The notes under the pieces: model-generated
Seen by the model: only the letters and a program-made list of their open reading frames with translations
Told to the model about the DNA's origin: nothing
Database searches by the model: none
Shown: one piece after another, positions 1 through 8,727 of the stretch
Layout: every line of letters starts with the position of its first letter
Position numbering within the stretch: position 1 is the stretch's first letter
Position numbers and translations under genes: made by a program
Assembly (NCBI GenBank): GCA_043797665.1
Contig: JAZDPL010000091.1
Span: forward strand, 1 to 39,644
DNA: 39,644 nt
DNA from: Candidatus Omnitrophota bacterium
GTDB lineage: Bacteria > Ratteibacteria > UBA8468 > MWAK01
Reading direction: 5' to 3'

Positions 1-471
1 AGGGGTAAAAAGGGTAAAAGGTTAAAAAACACCTTTGGAAACCCGCACTACACAATGGTTTTGAAGGTGGAGGGCAGATCAAAAGTAGGTGTCTCTGGAA
101 ACCGTTGGTACATAAGGGTTTCCGAGTTTCGTGAAGGGCACGCTGTTTTTGCTGGTGGGAGTCCATCCTCTATAATATTTACACGTTTAAATACCCCCCC
201 AGCCATACCTACCGAACTGACTGCCACTGCCTCCGGTTTAACCGTAGTCCTTACCTGGACGGATAACTCTACCGACGAGACCGGGTTTAAGATTAGTCGG
301 AAGGATACCCTGGAAGGCGAGTTTGCGGAAATCGGCACTACCTCTGCGGATACCACAACGTACACCGACACCCTGACCCAATCCGGCACCTACTGGTACC
401 GGGTTATGGCAACCAACGCCAACGGAGATTCCTTAGGCAGCAACGAGGCGATGGTAACGGTAAGTGAGTAA
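1..471 (+). CDS. Fibronectin type III domain protein, 5'-truncated by the window edge (possibly RCC1-repeat + FN3)
   Basis: Frame is open from base 1 to TAA 469-471. C-terminal FN3 pattern P.AIPTELTATASGLTVVLTWTDNSTDETGFKISR...TYTD...YWYRVMATNANGDS. The first ~190 nt look degenerate. Confidence 0.8.
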   Translation, partial: RGKKGKRLKNTFGNPHYTMVLKVEGRSKVGVSGNRWYIRVSEFREGHAVFAGGSPSSIIFTRLNTPPAIPTELTATASGLTVVLTWTDNSTDETGFKISRKDTLEGEFAEIGTTSADTTTYTDTLTQSGTYWYRVMATNANGDSLGSNEAMVTVSE

Positions 472-529
472 TACAAACGACTGGATTCCCGCTTACGGCA
501 TGCGGGAATGACAACTTATTTATGTTACA
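469..529. repeat. Internally deleted MITE-like element with a GGATTCCCGC...GCGGGAATGAC hairpin
   Basis: TAATACAAACG end, then hairpin ATTCCCGC-N10-GCGGGAAT, then GACAACTTATTTATGTTACA. Homologous to the reverse complement of 20700-20819. Confidence 0.75.
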
Positions 530-545
530 GAACGCTGGAAGCCGG

Positions 546-989
546 ATGAAGGCGATACCTGTTATACTCCTTGTCTTATCCGTCTGTCTCCTTGTCTCCT
601 GCGATGATGGGGGAGATGATTCTGGTGGTAGTACCGCTGGTTTTCCTGCTGCCGTAACCGGTTCAGCTACCGCTGTCGGGTCTTCCTCCGCAACCTTAAC
701 CGGCACGGTAAACCCCGATGGTTTGGTTACCACCTATTACTTCCAGTACGGTTTAGTATCCGGCGGAGGAACTCAGGATATGGTAACCAGGAGTGTGAAT
801 GCAGGGACAGGAACGGACGCTGTTTCCGTCAATGCGCAGATTTTCAGTCTTTCTCCCGGCACTAATTATTACTACTACGTTGTGGGTATGAGCAGTGCGG
901 GAGTAAGTTACGGAGACGCCCAATTCTTTACCACCGAGAGCACTCCGCAAATGGGTAAAGAGCCTTTCGGCGGCAGTACCCTGCAGTAA
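546..989 (+). CDS. Lipoprotein with an FN3-like domain
   Basis: MKAIPVILLVLSVCLLVS-C lipobox, acidic Gly/Ser linker, then SATLTGTVNPDG..TTYYFQYG...LSPGTNYYYYVVG...YG...FTT FN3-like repeat. ATG 546 preferred to 522, which lies inside a repeat. Confidence 0.8.
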   Translation: MKAIPVILLVLSVCLLVSCDDGGDDSGGSTAGFPAAVTGSATAVGSSSATLTGTVNPDGLVTTYYFQYGLVSGGGTQDMVTRSVNAGTGTDAVSVNAQIFSLSPGTNYYYYVVGMSSAGVSYGDAQFFTTESTPQMGKEPFGGSTLQ

Positions 990-990
990 A

Positions 991-1230
991 TTACACCGAA
1001 GAATAGTGTGTGGTATATTTGTCCAGTAGTTCACGTATCATCTTCTGATACTTTGTGTGGTGCCGCTCCGCATGATTTTTGAAAAATTCAACACTGGACT
1101 TTTTCAGAGAAATGGTAACTTTTACAGTTTTTTCATCAGGTAGAACCAGTCTCCCTGGCGGTGGTAGAAAGTCCTTAACCCTAAACATTTTTCCTACCGG
1201 TTCATTCGGGTCCCGCATCTCCTTTGCCAT
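991..1230 (-). CDS. BrnA/CopG-like antitoxin
   Basis: DFLPPP..LV...KTVKVTISL..SSVEFFK..A...TKYQKMIRELLDKY; overlaps the upstream BrnT gene; ATG at 1230. Confidence 0.8.
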   Translation of the reverse strand: MAKEMRDPNEPVGKMFRVKDFLPPPGRLVLPDEKTVKVTISLKKSSVEFFKNHAERHHTKYQKMIRELLDKYTTHYSSV

Positions 1231-1495
1231 AATATTCTTCTCCTTTTCGCCAATATCCGGCGCCAAATATCCTAATCTTGCCACCGCGGTAAGTAAATCT
1301 AACCGTTAAAATTCTGTCAGCCACCTTTCCGACGCAGAAAAATCTTTTTTCTCTCTCGCTATGCTCGGAATCCACATAAATCTTTCTTCCGGTATCTTTA
1401 AAAACCTTTGCAGCAGTTACAAAGTCAACTCCGTGTTTCTTAATATTGGCTGATTCTTTTCCGGAGTTCCAGATAAAACCGGATTTTTCATCCAT
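1202..1495 (-). CDS. brnT: BrnT family toxin (DUF497)
   Basis: FIWN..K..ANIKKHGVDF..A..VF.D...D..HS..E.R...G.V..RILTVRFTYR..KIRIFGA. Start moved to ATG 1495 because the upstream GTG lies inside the promoter. Confidence 0.9.
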   Translation of the reverse strand: MDEKSGFIWNSGKESANIKKHGVDFVTAAKVFKDTGRKIYVDSEHSEREKRFFCVGKVADRILTVRFTYRGGKIRIFGAGYWRKGEEYYGKGDAGPE

Positions 1496-1503
1496 CCAAA
1501 CCA

Positions 1504-1558
1504 ATTCTATCACAAAGACAATAATTTGTCAATATAATAGTATGTATTATTATACATA
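1504..1558 (-). promoter_or_regulatory. Sigma70 promoter of brnTA with two palindromic operators
   Basis: Minus strand TTGACA (1532-1527), 17 bp, TAGAAT (1509-1504). Palindromes GACAA-N4-TTGTC (1517-1530) and TATGTAT-N4-ATACATA (1541-1558). Confidence 0.75.
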
Positions 1559-1682
1559 AGAAGATGGAAAGGGCGGTACCGATGTTTTCCACAATCACAA
1601 TCTGCTATCACAGAAATGTAAAAAAGGTTGAGTTACCCTTCAGGAACATGGTATCATTTTAGAGAAATCCTCGGTCGGAATT

Positions 1683-1712
1683 TTGTAATTTTCTCTTAAA
1701 ATCAGGTATAAT
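1683..1712 (+). promoter_or_regulatory. Putative aroD promoter
   Basis: TTGTAA (1683-1688), 18 bp, TATAAT (1707-1712); 9 nt before the ATG. Confidence 0.5.
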
Positions 1713-1721
1713 TGGTTTTAG

Positions 1722-2441
1722 ATGATGAAGATTGGCAAGGTAGAAATTCGGGCGGAGAAACCGGCTCTGGTAGGAGTGGTGGCGGACAAAGAATGGGAAA
1801 GCGTCGGCTGGAAGATGGCGGACATTCTTGAAGTCCGGCTTGACCATCTTCCGGGGGGTGACGTTGGGTCTGAAACCGCAAACGCATTTCTTCAGGAAAT
1901 AACGGAAAAAACCAAAAAACCGATAATTCTGACGATTCGCAGGCCAGAGGAAAGCGAACCGGGTCAAGAGGCGTTTTTACCGGATAAGGCACGTCTTTGC
2001 CTTTTTTCAAGCCTGATGCCGTTAGCGGATGCGGTTGACATTGAAGTTGATTCTGTAATTGCCGCCAGGGTGGTGCAATCGGCTAAAAAAAACAGGAGAA
2101 CCAGGGTTATCGGTTCCTATCATAACTTCCGGCGCGTGCCGCCGGACCGGGTCCTTTACGAGAAGATGCGGCGTGCCGGCAATCTGGGTGCGGATATTTT
2201 CAAATTAGCCTGTTGCACCGAAGAGAGAGAAGAGATAGTGCGCCTGTTCAATTTCTGCCATATCTTCAGCAAGAAACAGGTTGTTTGCGTTATTGCAATG
2301 GGCAAGAGGAATAAACTTTTCCGGATGGTGGCTCCGCTCTTCGGTTCAGCCCTGGTTTATGTTTCTTTAACCGCGAAGACCGCACCCGGTCAGCCGGAAA
2401 TAAAGGATTTTGCGGAAGACTTCCGCCGGTTTTATCCTTGA
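1722..2441 (+). CDS. aroD: Type I 3-dehydroquinate dehydratase
   Basis: ADILEVRLD, PIILTIRR, VDIE, IGSYHNF, ADIFKLA (Schiff-base Lys), IAMG, TAPGQ motifs. Confidence 0.93.
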   Translation: MMKIGKVEIRAEKPALVGVVADKEWESVGWKMADILEVRLDHLPGGDVGSETANAFLQEITEKTKKPIILTIRRPEESEPGQEAFLPDKARLCLFSSLMPLADAVDIEVDSVIAARVVQSAKKNRRTRVIGSYHNFRRVPPDRVLYEKMRRAGNLGADIFKLACCTEEREEIVRLFNFCHIFSKKQVVCVIAMGKRNKLFRMVAPLFGSALVYVSLTAKTAPGQPEIKDFAEDFRRFYP

Positions 2442-2443
2442 AC

Positions 2444-2538
2444 TAATACAAACGCAATATAGTTTTTGATATTTGAAATGTAGGGGCTCAATTTATTGAG
2501 CCCGAAAATGGACGGGTTTGATGAATCAAACCCCTACA
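2444..2538. repeat. GTAG-type REP doublet (2479-2538) preceded by a TAATACAAACGCA terminal motif
   Basis: TGTAG-GGGCTCAAT-TT-ATTGAGCCC ... GGGTTTGAT-GA-ATCAAACCC-CTACA. Confidence 0.9.
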
Positions 2539-2560
2539 AAAATATGTAATATTATAACTT

Positions 2561-3262
2561 ATGCTGCTGAGTATTTCGGGCCTGTATAAAGATTTCCGGG
2601 TACGGCCCGCTTTGGGAAAACCAATGGTCCGGGTTCCGGTACTCCGGGGAGTTGAATTAGAAATAAGCAAAGGTGAAATCGTGGGGATTCTGGGTGACAG
2701 CGGTTCCGGGAAGAGCACGCTGGCTAAGATTATCCTCCGGTTACTGGAACCTTCCGGAGGAATGGTCTGCTACGAGGGGAAGGATATTTTTGCCTTTTCC
2801 CCGAAAGAAGTCTTAAACTGGCGAAAGAGGGTACAGATTGTTTTCCAGAACCCTTTCCGTTCCCTGCCCCCGCGTAGAAAAGTAGGGGCAATTTTAAGGG
2901 AAGTAGTCCGTTACCACCGGATGGTCGAGCCGGGTGAGGAATGCGGTTATATCCACAATTTATTACGTTTAGTGGGACTTTCACCGGAAGATGCGGAGAG
3001 ATTTCCGTTCCAGTTTTCCGGCGGAGAACGCCAGCGGATTGCAATTGCCCGCAGTTTAGCGGTCCAACCCGAATTTTTAATTCTGGATGAACCAACCAGT
3101 AACCTGGACCTTTCCATCCAGGCACAGGTAATCAATTTTCTCGATGAATTACGGAAGCGTCTTGGACTTACCTATCTCTTTATTACCCATGACCGTCAAT
3201 TGGCCGGGTACTTCTGTGACCGGCTTCTGGAACTGAAAGAGGGGATTCTTTGTGAAGGTTAG
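2561..3262 (+). CDS. Oligopeptide/dipeptide/nickel-type ABC transporter ATP-binding subunit (orphan)
   Basis: Walker A GDSGSGKST, Q-loop VFQNP, signature FSGGERQR, Walker B ILDEPTS, ITHD. Confidence 0.92.
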   Translation: MLLSISGLYKDFRVRPALGKPMVRVPVLRGVELEISKGEIVGILGDSGSGKSTLAKIILRLLEPSGGMVCYEGKDIFAFSPKEVLNWRKRVQIVFQNPFRSLPPRRKVGAILREVVRYHRMVEPGEECGYIHNLLRLVGLSPEDAERFPFQFSGGERQRIAIARSLAVQPEFLILDEPTSNLDLSIQAQVINFLDELRKRLGLTYLFITHDRQLAGYFCDRLLELKEGILCEG

Positions 3263-4070
3263 TATTTATTCACTGTCTGCACCTGATAGAACGCCGGAAC
3301 AGGTGGTGGAATTGGCTAAGAAGTACGGTTGTGACGGTATTGAATGGTGGTGCCGGGAGAAAGGGCATATTGATACCGGGGATTTAGAATCTTCCGCAAA
3401 ACGGATAGTTCAGGCTATGCGCGATTCCGGTCTGGAAGTGGCCGGAATGGCGCCTTATTTTAAATTTTCCGAAACAGAGGAGGAAATTAAGAGGATATTT
3501 GGTGCGGCCAGAATTATCGGCGCCAGGAATATCCGGTGTCACAGTTATGGTTTTACCGGAGAGACGCCGGTCGCGGAACTGATGAGAAAACAACGCTTCT
3601 GGCTGGCAGAGACGGTCCTTCCGGTGGTGGAGCGGTTTGGGGTCAGGGTGGTTATTGAACAGCATCACCAACAGATTTGTTGTACTCCGAATGCCTGCCG
3701 GCAATTGGTGGAAGGGCTCCCGGTGGAAATGGTCGGGGTTATCTGGAACCCGGGCAATTCCCTTTTTGAGGGCTATACCCGTCCGGAATATGCCCTGAGT
3801 GTTTTGGGCGAATATCTTGCCCACGTCCATATCAAATCCGCCAAACCGGTTTCTGAAGGTGAGGGTATTCCGGCCGGCAGAAAGTATCCGATGTTCTGGG
3901 GAAAGTTAGCCGACGGTGACCTGGACTGGGACGGGATAATAACCGCCCTGTACAAGGTTGGATACCAGGGTTTTTTGTCTCTGGAAGATTTGGACCAGCG
4001 GCCGTCGGAGACCAAGATTATAGAGGATATCCCGTACCTGCGCAGTATCATCAGAAAATACAGCGGTTAA
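3252..4070 (+). CDS. Sugar-phosphate isomerase/epimerase (xylose isomerase-like TIM barrel)
   Basis: DGIEW, VIEQH, WNPGN, AHVHIK, GDLDW, GYQGFLSLE motifs. Confidence 0.85.
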   Translation: MKVSIYSLSAPDRTPEQVVELAKKYGCDGIEWWCREKGHIDTGDLESSAKRIVQAMRDSGLEVAGMAPYFKFSETEEEIKRIFGAARIIGARNIRCHSYGFTGETPVAELMRKQRFWLAETVLPVVERFGVRVVIEQHHQQICCTPNACRQLVEGLPVEMVGVIWNPGNSLFEGYTRPEYALSVLGEYLAHVHIKSAKPVSEGEGIPAGRKYPMFWGKLADGDLDWDGIITALYKVGYQGFLSLEDLDQRPSETKIIEDIPYLRSIIRKYSG

Positions 4071-4073
4071 CGC

Positions 4074-4125
4074 TGTAGGGGCTTGATTCATCAAGCCCGC
4101 GGGTCGGATAAATCCGACCCCTACA
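4074..4125. repeat. GTAG-type REP doublet
   Basis: TGTAG-GGGCTTGAT-TC-ATCAAGCCC-GC-GGGTCGGAT-AA-ATCCGACCC-CTACA. Confidence 0.92.
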
Positions 4126-4165
4126 ATTCATCTGGTAGGAGATCGCCAAAGTCGAACGATTTGAC

Positions 4166-4705
4166 ATGAAAACGATAAGTCTACCCTTACAGGGCGCTGA
4201 TTTACAGAGTCTTTCCGCGGGAGACGAGGTCCTCCTTTCCGGTATCGTATACACTGCCCGGGACAGGGTTCATAAAATACTGGGGACGGAAATTGAAGAG
4301 GCCAAAAAAGAAAAAAGAAGACCGAGGTTCCCTTTTCCGATTTCCGGGCAAACCATCTATTATGTTGGTCCCACTCCGGCGCCACCCGGAGCCGTTATCG
4401 GTTCTGCCGGACCCACTACCAGTTCCCGGATGGACCCGTACACGCCGGCTCTTTTAGAATGTGGTTTGAAAGTGATGCTCGGTAAGGGAGGACGCAGTGA
4501 AGAAGTCCGGAAAGCGATGATTCGGTTTTCTGCCGTTTACTTTGTTACCTACGGGGGCTGTGGTGCCCTTTTGTCCAGCCATATTAAAGAGGCGAAGATA
4601 AAGGCATTTCCCCATCTGGGCCCGGAAGCGGTCTGGCGTCTGGTTATTATTGATTTTCCGGCGGTGGTTGGTATTGATAGCAGAGGGAAGCGTTATGGTA
4701 CTTAA
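4166..4705 (+). CDS. Class I fumarate/tartrate hydratase beta subunit (FumA C-terminal/TtdB family)
   Basis: GDEVLLSGIVYTARD, IYYVGP, GSAGPTTSSRMD, MLGKG, GPEAVW, VGIDSRG. Confidence 0.92.
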   Translation: MKTISLPLQGADLQSLSAGDEVLLSGIVYTARDRVHKILGTEIEEAKKEKRRPRFPFPISGQTIYYVGPTPAPPGAVIGSAGPTTSSRMDPYTPALLECGLKVMLGKGGRSEEVRKAMIRFSAVYFVTYGGCGALLSSHIKEAKIKAFPHLGPEAVWRLVIIDFPAVVGIDSRGKRYGT

Positions 4706-6218
4706 CGATTTGATTATTAAAAGCGGCCGGAATTTTCCGCGTAAGCCCGCGATAATCTACGGAAAAGAGGTGATTGCTTACCGGGAATTAGTACGGAAGG
4801 TGGACCGGATGGCTGCCGGCTTACTCAGTCTGGAGGTCAAGTCTGGCGACCGGGTTGCGCTCTACCTGCGTAACCGGCCGGAATTTGTGATTACCTATTT
4901 TGCCGCCCTCAAAGTGGGTGCCATCCCGGTTCCGTTCAATTACTTCTGGAAAGAGGAGGAGTTGAGATTTGTTTTGACCGACAGCGGAGCCAAAATTCTT
5001 GTTACCGAACCGGGATTTCTGGAAATCAGCCGGAGTCTTCAGAGCCGTGTTGGGACACTGAAGAAGGTTGTTCTCCTCGCAAAAGACGTTCCACCACCTA
5101 CCCCGGAAGGTCTTTTACCGTACGACAGCCTCTTTCAGGAACCCAAAAGACCTTTTCCGATTATCGCCGGTTCTGACGTGGCGGTGTTAATTTACACCTC
5201 CGGCACCACCGGATTTCCCAAGGGCGTAATGCTTACTCACGAAAATTTGCTTTCCAACGTGGAAAGTTGCCGGGAGACGGTGCGGATTCACTCCAAGGAC
5301 CGGTTCATCTGCCTCTTGCCGATGTTTCACACCTTTGCCTTTACCGTTTGCATTCTGGTTCCTTTGTCTTTGGCTTCACCTATTTTTATTATGCCCGCGG
5401 GAACTCCGTTTCGTAATACGTTCAGAGAGATTATTAAACGCCGTATCACTATCTTTGTGGGAATACCGGATTTTTATCGCCTTCTTTCGGAGATAAAACT
5501 TTCCTGGTGGGCGCAAGTCTTACTCCGGTTTTTGAATCCCATCAGGTTGGCGATTTCCGGCGCGGCGGCGCTTCCTCCGGAAACACTCACCGCTTTCGAG
5601 AGGCGTTTTCGTATTCCCCTTCTGGAGGGCTACGGTTTAACCGAAGCGTCGCCGGTAGTCACGCTCAACCCGTTAAAAAAAAGGAAGACCGGTTCGATCG
5701 GATTACCCGTTGCCGGCGTGGAAGTAAAAGTCTTTTCTCCGGAAGGGAAAGAGGTCCCGGTTAACCAGGTGGGTGAGTTGGTGGTCCGGGGCAAGAACGT
5801 GATGGCCGGATACTATAACCGGCTTCAGGAGACCGATGAGACGCTCCGGGAGGGTTGGCTTTATACCGGTGACCTGGCGAGAAAAGACGAAGAGGGGTAT
5901 CTTTTTCTGGTTGACCGCAAGAAAGATATGATTAACTTCCGTGGATTGAGTATTTATCCCAGGGAGGTAGAGGCGGTTCTCTGCCGGCATGATGCGGTAA
6001 AAGAAACCGCCGTGGTGGGCGTACCCGGCGCCGGTGGGGAGATACCGGTTGCTTACGTTGTCTTGAAGGACGAACAGCCGGCAAGTGCGGAGGACATCCT
6101 GCACTTTTTACGGCAACACTTAGCCGGATATAAAGTACCCCGCCGGATTATCTTCAGGGACGGTCTGCCTCACACCGCCACGGGCAAGGTTGCCAAAAAA
6201 GAATTAAAAGGGGATTAG
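4695..6218 (+). CDS. Long-chain fatty acid-CoA ligase (FadD/LcfA-like)
   Basis: YTSGTTGFPKG, EGYGLTEASP, TGDLAR, DRKKD, TATGKV adenylation motifs; ATG 4695. Confidence 0.92.
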   Translation: MVLNDLIIKSGRNFPRKPAIIYGKEVIAYRELVRKVDRMAAGLLSLEVKSGDRVALYLRNRPEFVITYFAALKVGAIPVPFNYFWKEEELRFVLTDSGAKILVTEPGFLEISRSLQSRVGTLKKVVLLAKDVPPPTPEGLLPYDSLFQEPKRPFPIIAGSDVAVLIYTSGTTGFPKGVMLTHENLLSNVESCRETVRIHSKDRFICLLPMFHTFAFTVCILVPLSLASPIFIMPAGTPFRNTFREIIKRRITIFVGIPDFYRLLSEIKLSWWAQVLLRFLNPIRLAISGAAALPPETLTAFERRFRIPLLEGYGLTEASPVVTLNPLKKRKTGSIGLPVAGVEVKVFSPEGKEVPVNQVGELVVRGKNVMAGYYNRLQETDETLREGWLYTGDLARKDEEGYLFLVDRKKDMINFRGLSIYPREVEAVLCRHDAVKETAVVGVPGAGGEIPVAYVVLKDEQPASAEDILHFLRQHLAGYKVPRRIIFRDGLPHTATGKVAKKELKGD

Positions 6219-6228
6219 AGAGGTCACA

Positions 6229-7050
6229 GTGTCTACTCAACATAAAGGTGACGTTGAATCTTATTTGAATAAGGAAAAAGAACGGATTGACCATTATCTG
6301 AAAACGGTCTTACCGTCAGAGAGAGGGTCTCCGGAACAACTGGTTTCCAGTTTCCATTATGCGGTATTTTCCGGGGGGAAGAGGATTCGGCCCATCCTTT
6401 TTCTTCACTTGCACCGTTTGTGCGCGGGTGAAGAGAGTAGAGCGCTGCCTGCCGCGGCCGCGCTGGAATTAATTCATACCTTTTCCCTTATCCAGGATGA
6501 CCTTCCCGCCATGGATAATGACGACTTCCGTCGGGAAAAGCCCTCCCTCCATCGCGCCTACGATGAGTTTACCGCGCTCCTGGCATCTGACTACCTGCTT
6601 ATTCTGGCTTTTCATCTCCTGGCTAAAAATTATCCGGCGAAAATTTCCCTTGAGGTGAGTGAAGGGATTGGGATGAACGGATTGGTGGCCGGACAGTTTT
6701 TAGACCTTTTTTACCGGAGGGAAAAGCCGCCCCGGCGCATAATTGAGGAAATTCGGTTGAAGAAGACCGCGGCCCTTTTTGAACTCACCTTTAAACTGGC
6801 CGGACTCATCTCCGGTACCTCAATCTTGCGCGTGAGACTTCTGGCAGATTATGGTCGTAAATTCGGTCTGGCTTTCCAGATTCGTGACGACATAACCGAT
6901 GCCCCTGCCCAAAAAAGGGAGGCGGAAGATAAAATGGAAAGACGTATTAAACTATTGGTCAGCCAGATGCAGAAGATTGAATTACGGCTGGAGATTTCTT
7001 CCCCGGTACTTAGATATTTTCAACGTCTCCTCCTTTGTGATATAATGTAA
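6229..7050 (+). CDS. ispA: Short-chain polyprenyl (FPP/GGPP) synthase
   Basis: GGKRIRP, first Asp-rich motif DDLPAMDNDDFRR, GQFLD, KT, FQIRDD; C-terminus is short. Confidence 0.85.
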   Translation: MSTQHKGDVESYLNKEKERIDHYLKTVLPSERGSPEQLVSSFHYAVFSGGKRIRPILFLHLHRLCAGEESRALPAAAALELIHTFSLIQDDLPAMDNDDFRREKPSLHRAYDEFTALLASDYLLILAFHLLAKNYPAKISLEVSEGIGMNGLVAGQFLDLFYRREKPPRRIIEEIRLKKTAALFELTFKLAGLISGTSILRVRLLADYGRKFGLAFQIRDDITDAPAQKREAEDKMERRIKLLVSQMQKIELRLEISSPVLRYFQRLLLCDIM

Positions 7051-7056
7051 TTTTTT

Positions 7057-7830
7057 ATGGTTAAGGTACTTATTCTGCGGACTGCGGGGACAAACTGTGA
7101 TCTGGAGACCGAATATGGATTCCGTCTGGCGGGTACCGTTCCGGAACGGGTACATATTAATCGGCTCCTGGAAGGTTCGGTTTCTTTTGTTGATTACGCC
7201 ATGCTGGTTATTCCCGGGGGGTTTTCGTACGGTGATGACCTTTCCGCGGGAAAGGTATTAGCCAACGAGTTGCGGTTCAAATTGAGAGAGAAGGTTTATG
7301 CCTTTGCCGAAACCGGACGTCCCATCATAGGTATCTGCAACGGTTTTCAGGTTCTGGTAAAGACCGGTCTGCTCCCTTTTTTCCAAACGCCCCAAAAGGG
7401 TTCTTGCACCACGCTTACTTTTAATGACTCCGGAAAGTTTGAGGACCGGTGGGTTTCTTTGCGTTGTGCGGGAAACTCACCCCTGCTGGCTGGTTTATCC
7501 GATAAGGTTATCTCTTTGCCGGTAGCGCATGGGGAGGGTAAATTTCTGGTCAAAGGGGAGGAAGAATTCATCTGGTTGAAAGAAAAAGGGCAGGTCGCTT
7601 TTCAATACGCGGACCCGGATGGGACACCGGCCGAAAAATATCCGGATAATCCTAACGGTTCTCAGGGTGCAATTGCCGGCGTTACCAACGAACAGGGAAA
7701 TGTCCTGGGTATGATGCCGCACCCGGAGCGGTTTCTTTATTCCTATCTTCATCCCCGGTGGACCAGGGGAGAAGGGGGAAATGCGGACGGTCTGAACTTA
7801 TTGAAGTCATTTGTTCATTACGTAAAGTGA
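7057..7830 (+). CDS. purQ: Phosphoribosylformylglycinamidine synthase subunit I (glutaminase)
   Basis: GTNCD, PGGFSYGD, GICNGFQ, PVAHGEG, NPNGS, GMMPHPER. Confidence 0.96.
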   Translation: MVKVLILRTAGTNCDLETEYGFRLAGTVPERVHINRLLEGSVSFVDYAMLVIPGGFSYGDDLSAGKVLANELRFKLREKVYAFAETGRPIIGICNGFQVLVKTGLLPFFQTPQKGSCTTLTFNDSGKFEDRWVSLRCAGNSPLLAGLSDKVISLPVAHGEGKFLVKGEEEFIWLKEKGQVAFQYADPDGTPAEKYPDNPNGSQGAIAGVTNEQGNVLGMMPHPERFLYSYLHPRWTRGEGGNADGLNLLKSFVHYVK

Positions 7831-7857
7831 AGAGAGGGCTGACCTCTTGAAGGGAAA

Positions 7858-8715
7858 ATGGAAGAAGCAACTAAGAAAGCCCAGGTGTTGGTTGAAGCGT
7901 TACCGTATATTCTGAATTTTCAGGGTAAGTTCTCGGTAGTTAAATATGGCGGTTCGATTATGAGAGAACCACGGCTTTCCCGGGTGGTTCTGGAAGATAT
8001 CGTTTTTATGTCTGCGGTGGGAATGAAGGTGGTTCTGGTTCACGGCGGTGGCAACCGGATTTCGGAGGCGCTTTCTAAGAAGGGTTTAAAGTCGTACTTC
8101 GTGAAAGGCCTGCGTTATACCGATGCGGAAATGATTGCGGTAATCAAAGACGTTCTTCTGTCGACAAGTCAGGAACTGGCTTCGCTTATCGGAGAACTTG
8201 GGGGGAAAGCAAAGATAGTTTTTCCGGAGGAGAAGGTCGTAAAGGCGATCAGGTTTACTTTACCGGAAGCGGATTTAGGTCTGGTAGGAGAAATAAAAGA
8301 GGTGGACCGGGCTTATTTTGAGGATATCTGCCAGGACTCTGTTATCCCGATTGTTCCGCCGGTGGCTTATGGTGCGGATGGGCTTTTTTATAACATAAAT
8401 GCCGACAGTGCGGCCAGTAAAATTGCCACAAGCCTTTCTGCGGTGAAACTGGTTTTTTTAACGGATACACAGGGGATTATGCGTGACAAAAGCAAATCGG
8501 AAGGTTTAATATCCGTACTCCGGCCCTTTCAGGCAAAGTCATTGATCGAAGAAGGGGTTATTACGTCCGGGATGATTCCTAAAGTTCTAGCCGGTCTTTC
8601 CGCAATGGAATCCGGGGTGGCGAAGGTCCATTTGGTGAGTGGTCATGTTCCCCACGCACTTCTTCTGGAAATTTTTACGAACCAGGGAGTAGGCACGGAA
8701 ATCGTTCCCGAATAG
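7858..8715 (+). CDS. argB: Acetylglutamate kinase
   Basis: EALPYI, VVKYGG, VHGGG, NINAD, GMIPKV, LLLEIFT..GVGT. Confidence 0.96.
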   Translation: MEEATKKAQVLVEALPYILNFQGKFSVVKYGGSIMREPRLSRVVLEDIVFMSAVGMKVVLVHGGGNRISEALSKKGLKSYFVKGLRYTDAEMIAVIKDVLLSTSQELASLIGELGGKAKIVFPEEKVVKAIRFTLPEADLGLVGEIKEVDRAYFEDICQDSVIPIVPPVAYGADGLFYNINADSAASKIATSLSAVKLVFLTDTQGIMRDKSKSEGLISVLRPFQAKSLIEEGVITSGMIPKVLAGLSAMESGVAKVHLVSGHVPHALLLEIFTNQGVGTEIVPE

Positions 8716-8727
8716 AGGGGTTGCTAA

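Noticed and set aside
1..200. Diversity-generating retroelement variable region
   Set aside because: No template repeat or reverse transcriptase gene in the window.
7830..7851. AGAGG-GCTGA-CCTCT hairpin before argB as an ANTAR target or terminator
   Set aside because: Single short hairpin with a 5-nt loop, no twin hexaloop motif and no U-tract.
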